From Verrucomicrobiales bacterium (lineage in GTDB: Bacteria > Verrucomicrobiota > Verrucomicrobiia > Limisphaerales > UBA11320), in contig JAEUHE010000016.1 in the NCBI GenBank assembly GCA_016793885.1, forward strand, positions 2,984 to 66,983: a DNA stretch of 64,000 nucleotides, written 5' to 3'. The notes beneath the pieces are model-generated. The model was not told where the DNA came from, did no database searches, and saw nothing but the letters and a program-made list of their open reading frames with translations. A program made the translations under genes and the position numbers. This document shows positions 48,412-57,329 of this stretch, one piece after another; positions within the stretch are counted from its first letter, which is position 1, and every line of letters begins with the position of its first letter.

Positions 48412-48635
48412 AAACACCACCGTCGCGATGGCACCGCTGTCGTGAGGTGCGGAAGCCTTGGGGGCGGGGACATCTTGCCCACGGACCACGCGGACCACAC
48501 GGATCCGAGGAGAAACCGCACAGGCCGAGCCGACTGAAGTTACGGTTCTGCTGAATTCCCTCCGACTCCGTGTGTTCTGTGTGTTCCGTGGGCAAAAGTC
48601 TTCCTTGGAGGTTGTCTCGGCCTTCCTTCCGAGCC
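48412..48635 (+). repeat. Dispersed ~230-bp intergenic repeat, copy B
   Basis: See copy A. It starts 6 nt after the stop of the 1946-aa gene. The internal hairpin arms GCCCACGGACCACGCGGACCACACGGATCCGAGG and CCTCCGACTCCGTGTGTTCTGTGTGTTCCGTGGGC form a ~34-bp imperfect stem. Confidence 0.8.
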
Positions 48636-48683
48636 TTCCAGGCGCCGAGGTAACGAGGCTTGGTCGTAGAGAGGCCGTCGGAC

Positions 48684-50150
48684 TTAGCTTTGCAGAATCT
48701 CGCTCACAACGTTGCCATGAACGTCGGTGAGACGGAAGTCCCGACCTTGGAATCGATAAGTGAGGCGTTCGTGGTCAATGCCCAGTTGGTGCAACACCGT
48801 CGCTTGCAGATCGTGCACGTGCACCGGATCCCGGATCACGTTCATCGCCAGGTCGTCGGTCTCCCCGTAGGTGAAACCAGGCTTCACGCCGCCTCCCGCC
48901 ATCCAGACGGTAAAAGCATACGGATGGTGGTCGCGTCCCCAGCGTTTGCGGTCCTTGATGTCTCCTTGAATAAACGGCGTCCGGCCGAATTCGCCCCCCC
49001 AGATCACGAGAGTGTCGTCGAGCAAGCCGCGCTGTTTGAGGTCGGTGATGAGGCCGGCGGAGGGCTGGTCGGTATCCTTGCACTGGGTGTACAGCTCGGT
49101 GGTGATGCTGTTATGCTGATCCCATCCGGCGTGCATAACCTGCACGAAACGCACATCCCTTTCGATCAGCCGGCGTGCCATGAGGCAGTTGTAGGCAAAA
49201 GTGCCCGGCTCCCGTACTGAGGGACCGTAGAGGTCCAGGACCGCAGCCGGTTCCTTCGACAGATCGGTGAGCTCCGGCACGCTGGCTTGCATCTTGAACG
49301 CCATTTCGTACTGGGCGATGCGGGTGGCAATCTCCGGATCGCCGAATTGCTGCAACTTGATCTGGTTGATCGCCGCCAGGTCGTCGAGCATTCCGCGGCG
49401 AAGCTCTCGGCTGACGCCATCGGGGTTGTTGAGGTAGAGCACCGGGTCGGTACTGCCGCGGAATTTAACGCCCTGGAAGCGGGAAGGCAGAAAACCGGAA
49501 CCCCAATAAAAGTCATAGAATATCTGGCCGCAGGAGGTGCCCTTGCTGACGGAGGTCATGACCACGAATGAGGGGAGATTATCCACTTCGGACCCCAAGC
49601 CATAGGTAAGCCAGGCGCCCATGGTGGGACGACCTGGAATCTGGGCTCCGCTCAACAGCAAAGAAATGGCCGGCGCATGGTTGACGGCATCGGTGTGCAT
49701 GCTCTTGATGAAGCACAGGTCGTCCACCACGCGAGCGGTGTGCGGCATGAAGGCGCTGACCCAGGCTCCGGATTGCCCGTGTTGGCGGAACGGTTCCACG
49801 GGAGCGAGGATCAGTTTCCCATCGGCTTTGCCGGTCATGGTGCTGAAGCGCTTGCCTCCAATGTAGCCATCGGGCACTGGATTGCCGTGAAGCTCGGTCA
49901 ACCGTGGTTTGTAATCGAACAACTCCACGTGCGTGGGGGCTCCGTTTTGGAAGAGATAGATGACTCGCTTGGCTCGGGGGGGCAGGTGAGGGAACCCGGG
50001 AAGGCCCTTGCCGGTCGACGCTTTATCTGTTGCTCCGAGACCGTCGCGCGTCAACAGCGAGGCAAGAGCCGCCACCCCGATGCCTGAGGCGCTGCGACCG
50101 AAGAATTCTCGGCGAGTGTTGAGAAGCTGATGTTCGCTGAAAGGGTTCAT
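48684..50150 (-). CDS. DUF1501 family protein, Tat-signal type N-terminus
   Basis: MNPFSEHQLLNTRREFFGRSASGIGVAALASLL; LVIWGGEFGR, GRDHH, WMAGGG. Its start lies 4 nt after the stop of the upstream PSCyt gene. Confidence 0.9.
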   Translation of the reverse strand: MNPFSEHQLLNTRREFFGRSASGIGVAALASLLTRDGLGATDKASTGKGLPGFPHLPPRAKRVIYLFQNGAPTHVELFDYKPRLTELHGNPVPDGYIGGKRFSTMTGKADGKLILAPVEPFRQHGQSGAWVSAFMPHTARVVDDLCFIKSMHTDAVNHAPAISLLLSGAQIPGRPTMGAWLTYGLGSEVDNLPSFVVMTSVSKGTSCGQIFYDFYWGSGFLPSRFQGVKFRGSTDPVLYLNNPDGVSRELRRGMLDDLAAINQIKLQQFGDPEIATRIAQYEMAFKMQASVPELTDLSKEPAAVLDLYGPSVREPGTFAYNCLMARRLIERDVRFVQVMHAGWDQHNSITTELYTQCKDTDQPSAGLITDLKQRGLLDDTLVIWGGEFGRTPFIQGDIKDRKRWGRDHHPYAFTVWMAGGGVKPGFTYGETDDLAMNVIRDPVHVHDLQATVLHQLGIDHERLTYRFQGRDFRLTDVHGNVVSEILQS

Positions 50151-50154
50151 CGCG

Positions 50155-52674
50155 CTATTCCTTGGTGAGGGCCTCGTCGAGATTCAGCAGAGTGCTGCAG
50201 ACCAAAGTCCAGGTAGCGTGGTCGACGGCCGGCAGGCTGAGGTCACGTTTGGACTCGCCAAGGGACAGCAGCCGTTCCGCAGCCGTGGGGTCACGTGGCA
50301 GCTCGGTTTGGTGTCGCGTGACCGCCTTCAGTAGAATGTCCGCCTCGGCGTTCGTGGGGACGCGTCCCAGGATGCGGCGAAAAGCGGCCTGAATTCGCCG
50401 GGTGGGATCCGGGCCGGATTCCTTGATGATTCGTTCTGCAAGAGCACGAGCGGCCTCCACGAAGGTCACGTCATTGAGTGTGGTGAGCGCTTGCAGCGGC
50501 GTGTTGGTGCGTGGCTGTTTGACGGTGCACACCTGGCGGGAGGCGGTATCGAAAAACAGGGTGGGCGCGACGATTCGCCGCCAGAACGTGTAGAGACTGC
50601 GGCGGTATAGAGCTTCTCCCGTGTCGGGTTTGTACTTCTTCGCACCGAACGTAGCCTCTTCCCACACCCCCGGTGGTTGGTATGGGTTGACCGGACGCCC
50701 GCCGGTTCTTAGTTCTAGCAGGCCGCTGGAGGCGAGTGCGTAGTCTCGAATCATCCAGGAAGGCATACGAAATCGCGGGCCACGGGACAGAAGCCGATTC
50801 TGCGGATCACGTTCGTACGAGCCTGGCGCGGCCTGCGAGCTTTGCCGATACGTGGCGCTGTCAACGATGATTCGGCAGAGGTGTTTGACGTTCCATCCTG
50901 ACTCGATGAACTCCATCGCCAGCCAATCGAGCAATTGGGCATGCTCCGGCCTTTCGCCCTGGATCCCGAAGTCCTCGGCAGTTTTCACCAGTCCGATTCC
51001 GAAAAACTGCTGCCAGAGCCGATTCACGATGACCCGGGCTGTCAGTGGGTTTTGGTCGGAGACGATCCATTGGGCGAGCCCTAGGCGATTGGTGGGGGAT
51101 CCGGGTGGCAGGGGAGGAAGGCTGGACGGCACGGCCATTCCGACTCTTTGAGCTGGACGATCATAGAGTCCCTTCGAGAGGACGTAGGTTTCTCGAGGCT
51201 CCCGTCGGTCCTCCATGACCATCACGCGTGGAATGGTTCTGGCGTGGTCCGCCTTTTCGGCGACCGCTTTCTGAAGAATTTCTACCTGCCGGGAGAATCC
51301 AACGTCGTTGGTCTTCCAATGCGCTGCGATTTTGGCGAGTTGTCCAGCGTCGCGCTTTTCGGGGGCGAGAGACAGGGCTTCTTGAATCTCTTTGGGTAAG
51401 GTCTCAAAGCCGGGATGTGACTTAATGCTCTCTCCCGCCTTCCTGGGAAACTTGTCTGCCTCAGCTTTGGTTTGCATCTGCAGCAGTTCCTTCCATCGCT
51501 GTTGGAGTGTCTCCGAGCGCTGCCGTTGTTCGGGACTGGGTTGCTCCAGCACCGGAGGGGTTTGAGGGTTGCCACCGGCTCCATCCACCGGTGTTTGATT
51601 GAAGAAGGCGAACAGGCTGTAGTAGTCGCGCTGGCTAAGGGGATCGAATTTGTGATCGTGACAACGGCAGCAGTTGAAGGTGAGTCCGAGCCAGACGGTG
51701 GCCGTGGTTTCCGTCATGTCCATGCCGTAGTCGATCCGGTTCTCCTCCGGAATCCGTCCCCCCTCTCCATTGATCATGTGGTTCCTTAGAAACCCCGTCG
51801 CCAGGCGTTGCTCCCCGGTCGGATGGGGAAGTAAGTCGCCCGCGAGTTGCCAGAGGGTGAACTGATCAAAAGGGAGATTCCGGTTGAATGCTTGAACCAC
51901 CCAGTCCCGCCATGGCCACATGGTTCGTTCGTTGTCCCCCTGGTAGCCGTTCGAATCCGCATAGCGGGCCGCTTCCAACCAATCCCAGCTCATGCGCTCG
52001 CCAAAGTGCGGCGACGCGATGAGGTGGTCGATCAGGGCGTGGTAGGTCTTGGGAGAGGATTCCTGGGCGTTCAGCGTGACATCCGCCTCGGAGGGGGGGA
52101 GTCCCGTGAGATCCAGAAACAGTCGCCGCTGGAGGCGGGATGAAGATTCCTCGGGAGCGGGCTGCCAACCTTCTCGTTCGAGTCGGCTTAGGACGAAGAA
52201 ATCCAAGGCATTCCTAGGCCATGATCGATTTTTGACTTCGGGAAGTGCCGGTCGGGCCGGCTGCTCGAAGGCCCAGTGGCGTCCCCAGATAGCCCCTTCG
52301 TCGATCCAGCGCTTCAGCAGCTGAATCTGGTCCGAGCGGAGCGGATGCTTGGCCTTGGGAGGGGGCATGACCTCGTCCGGGGAAGTGCTCAGGACATGCT
52401 GCATCAGGAGGCTTTGGTTGCTCTGGCCCGGAACAACGGCCGCCCTGCCTTCCCGGTTTTTGCGCCGAGCGCCTTCCTCGGTATCGAGCCGGAGTTCCGC
52501 CTTCCGCGAGTGTTCGTCTGGGCCGTGACACTGGAAACAATAGTCCGACAGGATCGGAAGGATCTCGCGCGAGAAGCGTACCGGCTCTCCAGCCACCTCA
52601 GTATGGCGGTTCCAGGCGAAGATTAGCAGCGCCAGGAACAGGCCTCTAAATCTCTGGATGCGATGCGATGGCAC
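50155..52674 (-). CDS. PSCyt1 / DUF1549 / DUF1553 haem-motif protein
   Basis: GTG start. CFQCHG (CxxCH), MSWDWLEAARYADSNG, CCRCHDHKFDP, and the C-terminal LLNLDEALTKE tail. Confidence 0.9.
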   Translation of the reverse strand: MPSHRIQRFRGLFLALLIFAWNRHTEVAGEPVRFSREILPILSDYCFQCHGPDEHSRKAELRLDTEEGARRKNREGRAAVVPGQSNQSLLMQHVLSTSPDEVMPPPKAKHPLRSDQIQLLKRWIDEGAIWGRHWAFEQPARPALPEVKNRSWPRNALDFFVLSRLEREGWQPAPEESSSRLQRRLFLDLTGLPPSEADVTLNAQESSPKTYHALIDHLIASPHFGERMSWDWLEAARYADSNGYQGDNERTMWPWRDWVVQAFNRNLPFDQFTLWQLAGDLLPHPTGEQRLATGFLRNHMINGEGGRIPEENRIDYGMDMTETTATVWLGLTFNCCRCHDHKFDPLSQRDYYSLFAFFNQTPVDGAGGNPQTPPVLEQPSPEQRQRSETLQQRWKELLQMQTKAEADKFPRKAGESIKSHPGFETLPKEIQEALSLAPEKRDAGQLAKIAAHWKTNDVGFSRQVEILQKAVAEKADHARTIPRVMVMEDRREPRETYVLSKGLYDRPAQRVGMAVPSSLPPLPPGSPTNRLGLAQWIVSDQNPLTARVIVNRLWQQFFGIGLVKTAEDFGIQGERPEHAQLLDWLAMEFIESGWNVKHLCRIIVDSATYRQSSQAAPGSYERDPQNRLLSRGPRFRMPSWMIRDYALASSGLLELRTGGRPVNPYQPPGVWEEATFGAKKYKPDTGEALYRRSLYTFWRRIVAPTLFFDTASRQVCTVKQPRTNTPLQALTTLNDVTFVEAARALAERIIKESGPDPTRRIQAAFRRILGRVPTNAEADILLKAVTRHQTELPRDPTAAERLLSLGESKRDLSLPAVDHATWTLVCSTLLNLDEALTKE

Positions 52675-52816
52675 GGCGATAGACTAGCTTGGGGAGGGGA
52701 GGCAGCAAATGAGAAAACGTTAGGAACGTGGGATTAAAGTTTTCCAAAATTGTCATCGTCGTATCGGCCACATGGGAAGTCCGCACGAGAAGCCAGATTT
52801 CACTTGATTCACGACT

Positions 52817-52824
52817 CCCCCCCC
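52817..52824 (+). repeat. C8 homopolymer tract in the 5' region of the KAP NTPase gene
   Basis: Read directly from the sequence. It lies 62 nt upstream of ATG 52887. Confidence 0.5.
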
Positions 52825-52886
52825 GCTTGCCTCGGCCCTGAATCAGGGTTTGCTCTTCAGGGGCAGGTGTCATTAGGTTCTTGCTC

Positions 52887-55800
52887 ATGAGTGCGCCCTC
52901 AGATTCTCCCACTCCTCCGAACAACTCCTCGGACGCCCCCAACCAGGCCTCCGCGGCGACGGACAGCGGGAGGCCCCTCGAGCTGCTCGAGAGGTTTCCT
53001 CTCTCGGCGAGTGTGCGGGGAGTGCTTGCGTCTGTCCGCCAGACGGCTCGCAATGAGGATTTTCGCGGTCTGATTGGGACGGGAATGATGTTGATTTGCC
53101 TCGAGCGTGCCGGCAATCGCGTGGTCAAGTCCGGCGAAGTCTACGCCCCGAATGTGCTCTCCCGGCTGCTGAACGAGATGAACGGCGCTCGTTTCACGGC
53201 CGCGCGAAAGCACTTTTTTGACCGCAACCGACGTGCACCGAACGATGCTCCGCAGACGGCGACCCATGCCTCACACAGTCTGTTGGGGGTGTTCGAGCAA
53301 GCGATGCAGCTTCCGCGTCACGACGACATTCTGGCCGCGCGACATCTCATTACCGCTTTGCTGATGTATCGCCCTAACGGTCGAGTTAAACCCACCAGCG
53401 CCTGGGAGATTCTTGATGATGCCGGGATCGATCGGGAGATCCTCCTTGCGGAGTTTTTGAACAGCCTCGCCGAAGGAGGTCCCTTGGCAGAGCGAGAGAA
53501 ATGGCGACGTTTGGCCGCCGAGCATACCTCCCGTATCGCTGCCGGTGCTCCGACCCGGGAGAAAAAGCAGGGGGAATCCCTCCCGCAGGGTCCCTATATG
53601 CCTGGTTACGGTTCTGATAACCCCTCTGGCAAACCCGGAGACGACTGCCTAAACCTCGAGAGCACGGTCAACGCACTGGCTCACCTGATCGCCTCTCCAC
53701 AACTCGACGGGAATCTCTCCTTGGGTGTCTTTGGAAACTGGGGTTCGGGCAAAAGCTTCTTTATGCGAAGGCTTCGCGGTGCCATCGGTAAACTGACCGA
53801 TGGCGCTCGCGCTTTGGCTAAGCAAAATCCGACTGGTGCCTCTGCTTGCTGGCCGAACGTGGTCCAGGTCGAGTTCAATGCCTGGCACTACATCGATGCC
53901 AATCTGTGGGCTTCGCTCATGTCGCATCTCCTCTCGGATCTTCGCAGCTGGGAGCCTGAGGTTTCGACAACAGCGTCAACTCCCCTGCGGCGGGCTCTCG
54001 ACAAGCTCTGCATCGCCACGGAAATGCGCGACGAAGCGGTGCGCCGTGAGAGTGAAGCTCGCCAAGCGAAGGATTCCGCGGAAACTCTCCTGCAGAACAC
54101 TCGCATCCAGCAAGACACGGCGGTCCAAAACCTGGCACGTCTGGCCAGCCGATCTCTTTGGTCGTTCATCGAGAACAACGAGGGGTTCGCCCCGCTCCGC
54201 AAGCAGGTGATCCGGCAGTTGCAGGAGTTGGGATTCGAGCTGGAGGAAACGACAGGAAATGTCGAATCGATTTACGGACAGTTGCAAGAGCTTGGGACAA
54301 CCGCCGGCGTCCTCCAAGCCGTGGCGCGACGCCTGGTTCACGCTCGGGATGCGGCGCGACAGCTCTCCCTGGTCCTGGTGATCGTCCTCGCGCCGCTGCT
54401 GCTCTTACTGGTGCTATCCTTTACTCCCGCCGGTGACTTCTTCCGTCAGACGGGCGTTTGGCTCGGAACATCGATGGCTGGTCTCCTGGCGGCTGGTGTT
54501 AATGGTATCCGGTGGGTCCATGGTCGGGCCTCGGAGGTTTTGGCGGCTTTGGCTCCCTTGGGCGCTGCGCGACGTCGCATCGAGTCGGGACTGGCCGCCG
54601 CCGACTCGGAGAAGGCGAGACTGATATCGTTGGGTGAACAGAAAGTGGCCGAAGCGCAGGCGGCCGTCGATGCCGCCAAGGCTGGGCTGGCAGAGAAGGA
54701 GAAGGAATTGAGAGGTGCCATGGCCGAGGTGAACGATGCCCTTTCCGGCCGGGCCATTACCCGGTTTATCGAGCAGCGACTGGCCAGCGGCGATTATCAG
54801 AAGCACCTGGGCTTGATTGCCCTCATTCGACGCGACTTTGAGCATCTGAGTGAGTTGGTTCGGGCGCACAATGCCCAGCGTCTTGGACTGGATAGGGAGG
54901 TTCTCAAAGTCCAGGAAGCCCTGCTCAAAGCTCGACCTGAAATCACTCCCGGTGACGCCGCTGCTTTCTTCGCACACCTGGGCATCAACCGCATCGTGCT
55001 CTACATCGACGATCTCGATCGTTGTCCCTCGAACCGGGTGGTGGAAGTCTTGCAGGCAATCCACCTTCTGCTGTCCTTCGATGTTTTTGTGGTCGTGGTC
55101 GGGGTTGACTCACGGTGGATGGCGCACTCGCTAGCCAAGGAATATCCCGCCCTGTTGGCGAGGACTAAGGAAGAGGATGACAAAGACCGCGTCTGGTCAC
55201 GCGAAGTGGGCATATCGCCGGTGACGCCTTCCGACTACTTGGAAAAGATTTTCCAGATTCCGCTGTGGGTTCCACCACTCGACGCCGATGCGGCCAAGGT
55301 GTTGATTGGTAAATTGACCAGCGGCTCGGACTCCGCTGGCTCATCGGCGTCGGCAGTGCAGCCATCGGTGCGTGAGAACCAGAATGTGTCGGATCTCAGC
55401 AATCGGGGCGAGTCTGCTTCGAACGTTATCGCCAATGATTCGGAGGATTCCTACTCCGACCAGCGCCCTGTGGCTGGCGCGCTTTCCAGCGCAAATCCTA
55501 ACCAAGGACCTGAGTCCAGGATTGCTGAACCCACTACAGCCCTGGCCCCGGTGCTACTCGTCCTCGGAAGCGCCGAGCGAGAGGCGATGGCCTCGCTCGC
55601 CCTGATCATCGGTCGTTCGCCCCGGGCAACGAAGCGGTTCGTGAATAGCTACCGTCTCTTTCGCGCAGCGCTCACCGATCGCGAGAGGACCGCTTTTGGA
55701 GATCAAAGCGATGGGTTGGGTGGATTGGCAGCTCCGATGCTCCTTCTCTCAATCGTGACCGGTGCCCCGGCCCTCGCGGGACAGTTGCTGACTGGGCTTA

Positions 55801-56054
55801 GTCTCGGGCAATCTGGGACCGTCCTGGAGGCGTTGCACGTGATGATGGGGCAGACTGATTTCACAGAAGTGGCGCCAGAGACTCTTCGACGTCTTCAGGA
55901 ATTTGAAGCGACAGAAGATGCGAAACGTTGGCAAGCGGTCCCTCTCTCCAGAGCTTCCATGTGGGCGTCTCGCATCGCCCAGTTCTCTTTCGAGGACCTT
56001 TCCCGGAAGGAATTATCCCGTTCCTCTCCATTGCCTCCGGCTTCCGAGGGCTGA
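52887..56054 (+). CDS. KAP-family P-loop NTPase with a Clp-N-like N-terminal domain and a TM/coiled-coil insertion
   Basis: ORF 52881 (TTG), with ATG at 52887. Walker A is LGVFGNWGSGKSFF (GNWGSGKS = 53733..53756). Two hydrophobic helices (LSLVLVIVLAPLLLLLVLSF; WLGTSMAGLLAAGV) and flanking coiled-coil-like segments sit between Walker A and Walker B. Walker B is LYIDDLDRC (54999..55025). The KAP-type PRATKRFVNSYRLF is present. The N-terminal ~200 aa show two Clp-N-like repeats (...ILAARHLITALLM...). Confidence 0.9.
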   Translation: MSAPSDSPTPPNNSSDAPNQASAATDSGRPLELLERFPLSASVRGVLASVRQTARNEDFRGLIGTGMMLICLERAGNRVVKSGEVYAPNVLSRLLNEMNGARFTAARKHFFDRNRRAPNDAPQTATHASHSLLGVFEQAMQLPRHDDILAARHLITALLMYRPNGRVKPTSAWEILDDAGIDREILLAEFLNSLAEGGPLAEREKWRRLAAEHTSRIAAGAPTREKKQGESLPQGPYMPGYGSDNPSGKPGDDCLNLESTVNALAHLIASPQLDGNLSLGVFGNWGSGKSFFMRRLRGAIGKLTDGARALAKQNPTGASACWPNVVQVEFNAWHYIDANLWASLMSHLLSDLRSWEPEVSTTASTPLRRALDKLCIATEMRDEAVRRESEARQAKDSAETLLQNTRIQQDTAVQNLARLASRSLWSFIENNEGFAPLRKQVIRQLQELGFELEETTGNVESIYGQLQELGTTAGVLQAVARRLVHARDAARQLSLVLVIVLAPLLLLLVLSFTPAGDFFRQTGVWLGTSMAGLLAAGVNGIRWVHGRASEVLAALAPLGAARRRIESGLAAADSEKARLISLGEQKVAEAQAAVDAAKAGLAEKEKELRGAMAEVNDALSGRAITRFIEQRLASGDYQKHLGLIALIRRDFEHLSELVRAHNAQRLGLDREVLKVQEALLKARPEITPGDAAAFFAHLGINRIVLYIDDLDRCPSNRVVEVLQAIHLLLSFDVFVVVVGVDSRWMAHSLAKEYPALLARTKEEDDKDRVWSREVGISPVTPSDYLEKIFQIPLWVPPLDADAAKVLIGKLTSGSDSAGSSASAVQPSVRENQNVSDLSNRGESASNVIANDSEDSYSDQRPVAGALSSANPNQGPESRIAEPTTALAPVLLVLGSAEREAMASLALIIGRSPRATKRFVNSYRLFRAALTDRERTAFGDQSDGLGGLAAPMLLLSIVTGAPALAGQLLTGLSLGQSGTVLEALHVMMGQTDFTEVAPETLRRLQEFEATEDAKRWQAVPLSRASMWASRIAQFSFEDLSRKELSRSSPLPPASEG

Positions 56055-56147
56055 ATGAACTTTGGAACTGTATTTGGGCTGACCGTGAGTCCCATTTGAC
56101 TTGCCAATGTCCTCGTGACTCGGCAGAAGACTCCACTACCACTCGCT

Positions 56148-57329
56148 ATGATGACGATCCGACTTCTGTTTAAATGCCTCACAGTTTGCTTCCTTCTATG
56201 GGCGCTGGGGCCAACTGCTTTCGGTGCTGACTTGGAGTCACCCTGGGTTGTCTATCCAGGAGGCTCTGGTCCAGGTAAGGGCAAGAGTGTGGTCCTGGTG
56301 TCAGGGGATGAGGAGTATCGCTCCGAGGAAGCTCTGAGTCAGTTGGGGAAGATCCTTTCGGTACGCCATGGATTTAAGTGCACAGTGCTGTATGCCATTG
56401 ATCCGGCCACCGGAACCATCAATCCGAACGTGTCATTCAACATACCGGGTTTACAAGCCTTGGAAACGGCGGATCTCCTGATCATTGCGACCCGATTCCG
56501 CAATTTGCCGGATGACCAAATGCGTCAGATAGACAACTATCTGAAGGCCGGTCTCCCTGTCATCGGGATGCGTACCGCGACACATGCCTTCCGCATCCCG
56601 GCCGAGCGGCGGGATTGGATTCACTACGACTATCGATATAACGGCCCGACCAACTGGGTGCATCGTGACCCAAAGTATGATGGAGACAAGCGAGGTTGGC
56701 TGGGCGGATTCGGTGGAACTGTGCTGGGTGACACCTGGTTTTACCATCACGGTTATCATAATCATCAAAGCACCCGTGGACTCATCGCGCCCGGCGCATC
56801 GTCCCTTCGTCTCACGCGCGGGTTGAAAGATGGCGATATTTGGGGGCCGACCGATGTCTATGCCGTTCGTCTGCCTCTGCCCGCTGGATCCATACCGATC
56901 GTTCTAGGCCAGTCGATGAATCGACGAGGGCCTTTTGATCAGAACGACGCGTTTTTGGGCATGAGGCCCACCGACACCGAGGTGGCCGGCATCGCTCACA
57001 ACCCTACTGCCGACCGTGGAGACGATCGTTACAATCCCAACGATCCACCACTTCCTGTGGCCTGGACCAAGACCTATCAAGTTCCGGACGGTCGCCGAGG
57101 CAGAGCTTTTGTTACCACGATGGGATCCGCGACGGATCTTGCCTCCGCCGGGACCCGTCGAATGCTGGTGAACGCGGTCTATTGGTGTGTGGGGCTGGAA
57201 AGGAAGATTCCTCGAGGTGGAACAGGTGTAGAGCTCGTCGGGGACTACCAACCGACCGGATATCGCTTCTTTGATAACGGCTATTGGAAGAAGAAAATGC
57301 TGAAACCTTCTTCCTTCGCCCTGCCATGA
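56148..57329 (+). CDS. ThuA-like (class-I glutamine-amidotransferase-like fold) exported protein
   Basis: ORF 56115..57329. ATG 56148 gives MMTIRLLFKCLTVCFLLWALGPTAFG. The ThuA-like pattern is KSVVLVSGDEEYRSEE...ADLLIIATRFRNLPDDQMRQIDNYLKAGLPVIGMRTATHAF. The functional call is moderate. Confidence 0.75.
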   Translation: MMTIRLLFKCLTVCFLLWALGPTAFGADLESPWVVYPGGSGPGKGKSVVLVSGDEEYRSEEALSQLGKILSVRHGFKCTVLYAIDPATGTINPNVSFNIPGLQALETADLLIIATRFRNLPDDQMRQIDNYLKAGLPVIGMRTATHAFRIPAERRDWIHYDYRYNGPTNWVHRDPKYDGDKRGWLGGFGGTVLGDTWFYHHGYHNHQSTRGLIAPGASSLRLTRGLKDGDIWGPTDVYAVRLPLPAGSIPIVLGQSMNRRGPFDQNDAFLGMRPTDTEVAGIAHNPTADRGDDRYNPNDPPLPVAWTKTYQVPDGRRGRAFVTTMGSATDLASAGTRRMLVNAVYWCVGLERKIPRGGTGVELVGDYQPTGYRFFDNGYWKKKMLKPSSFALP

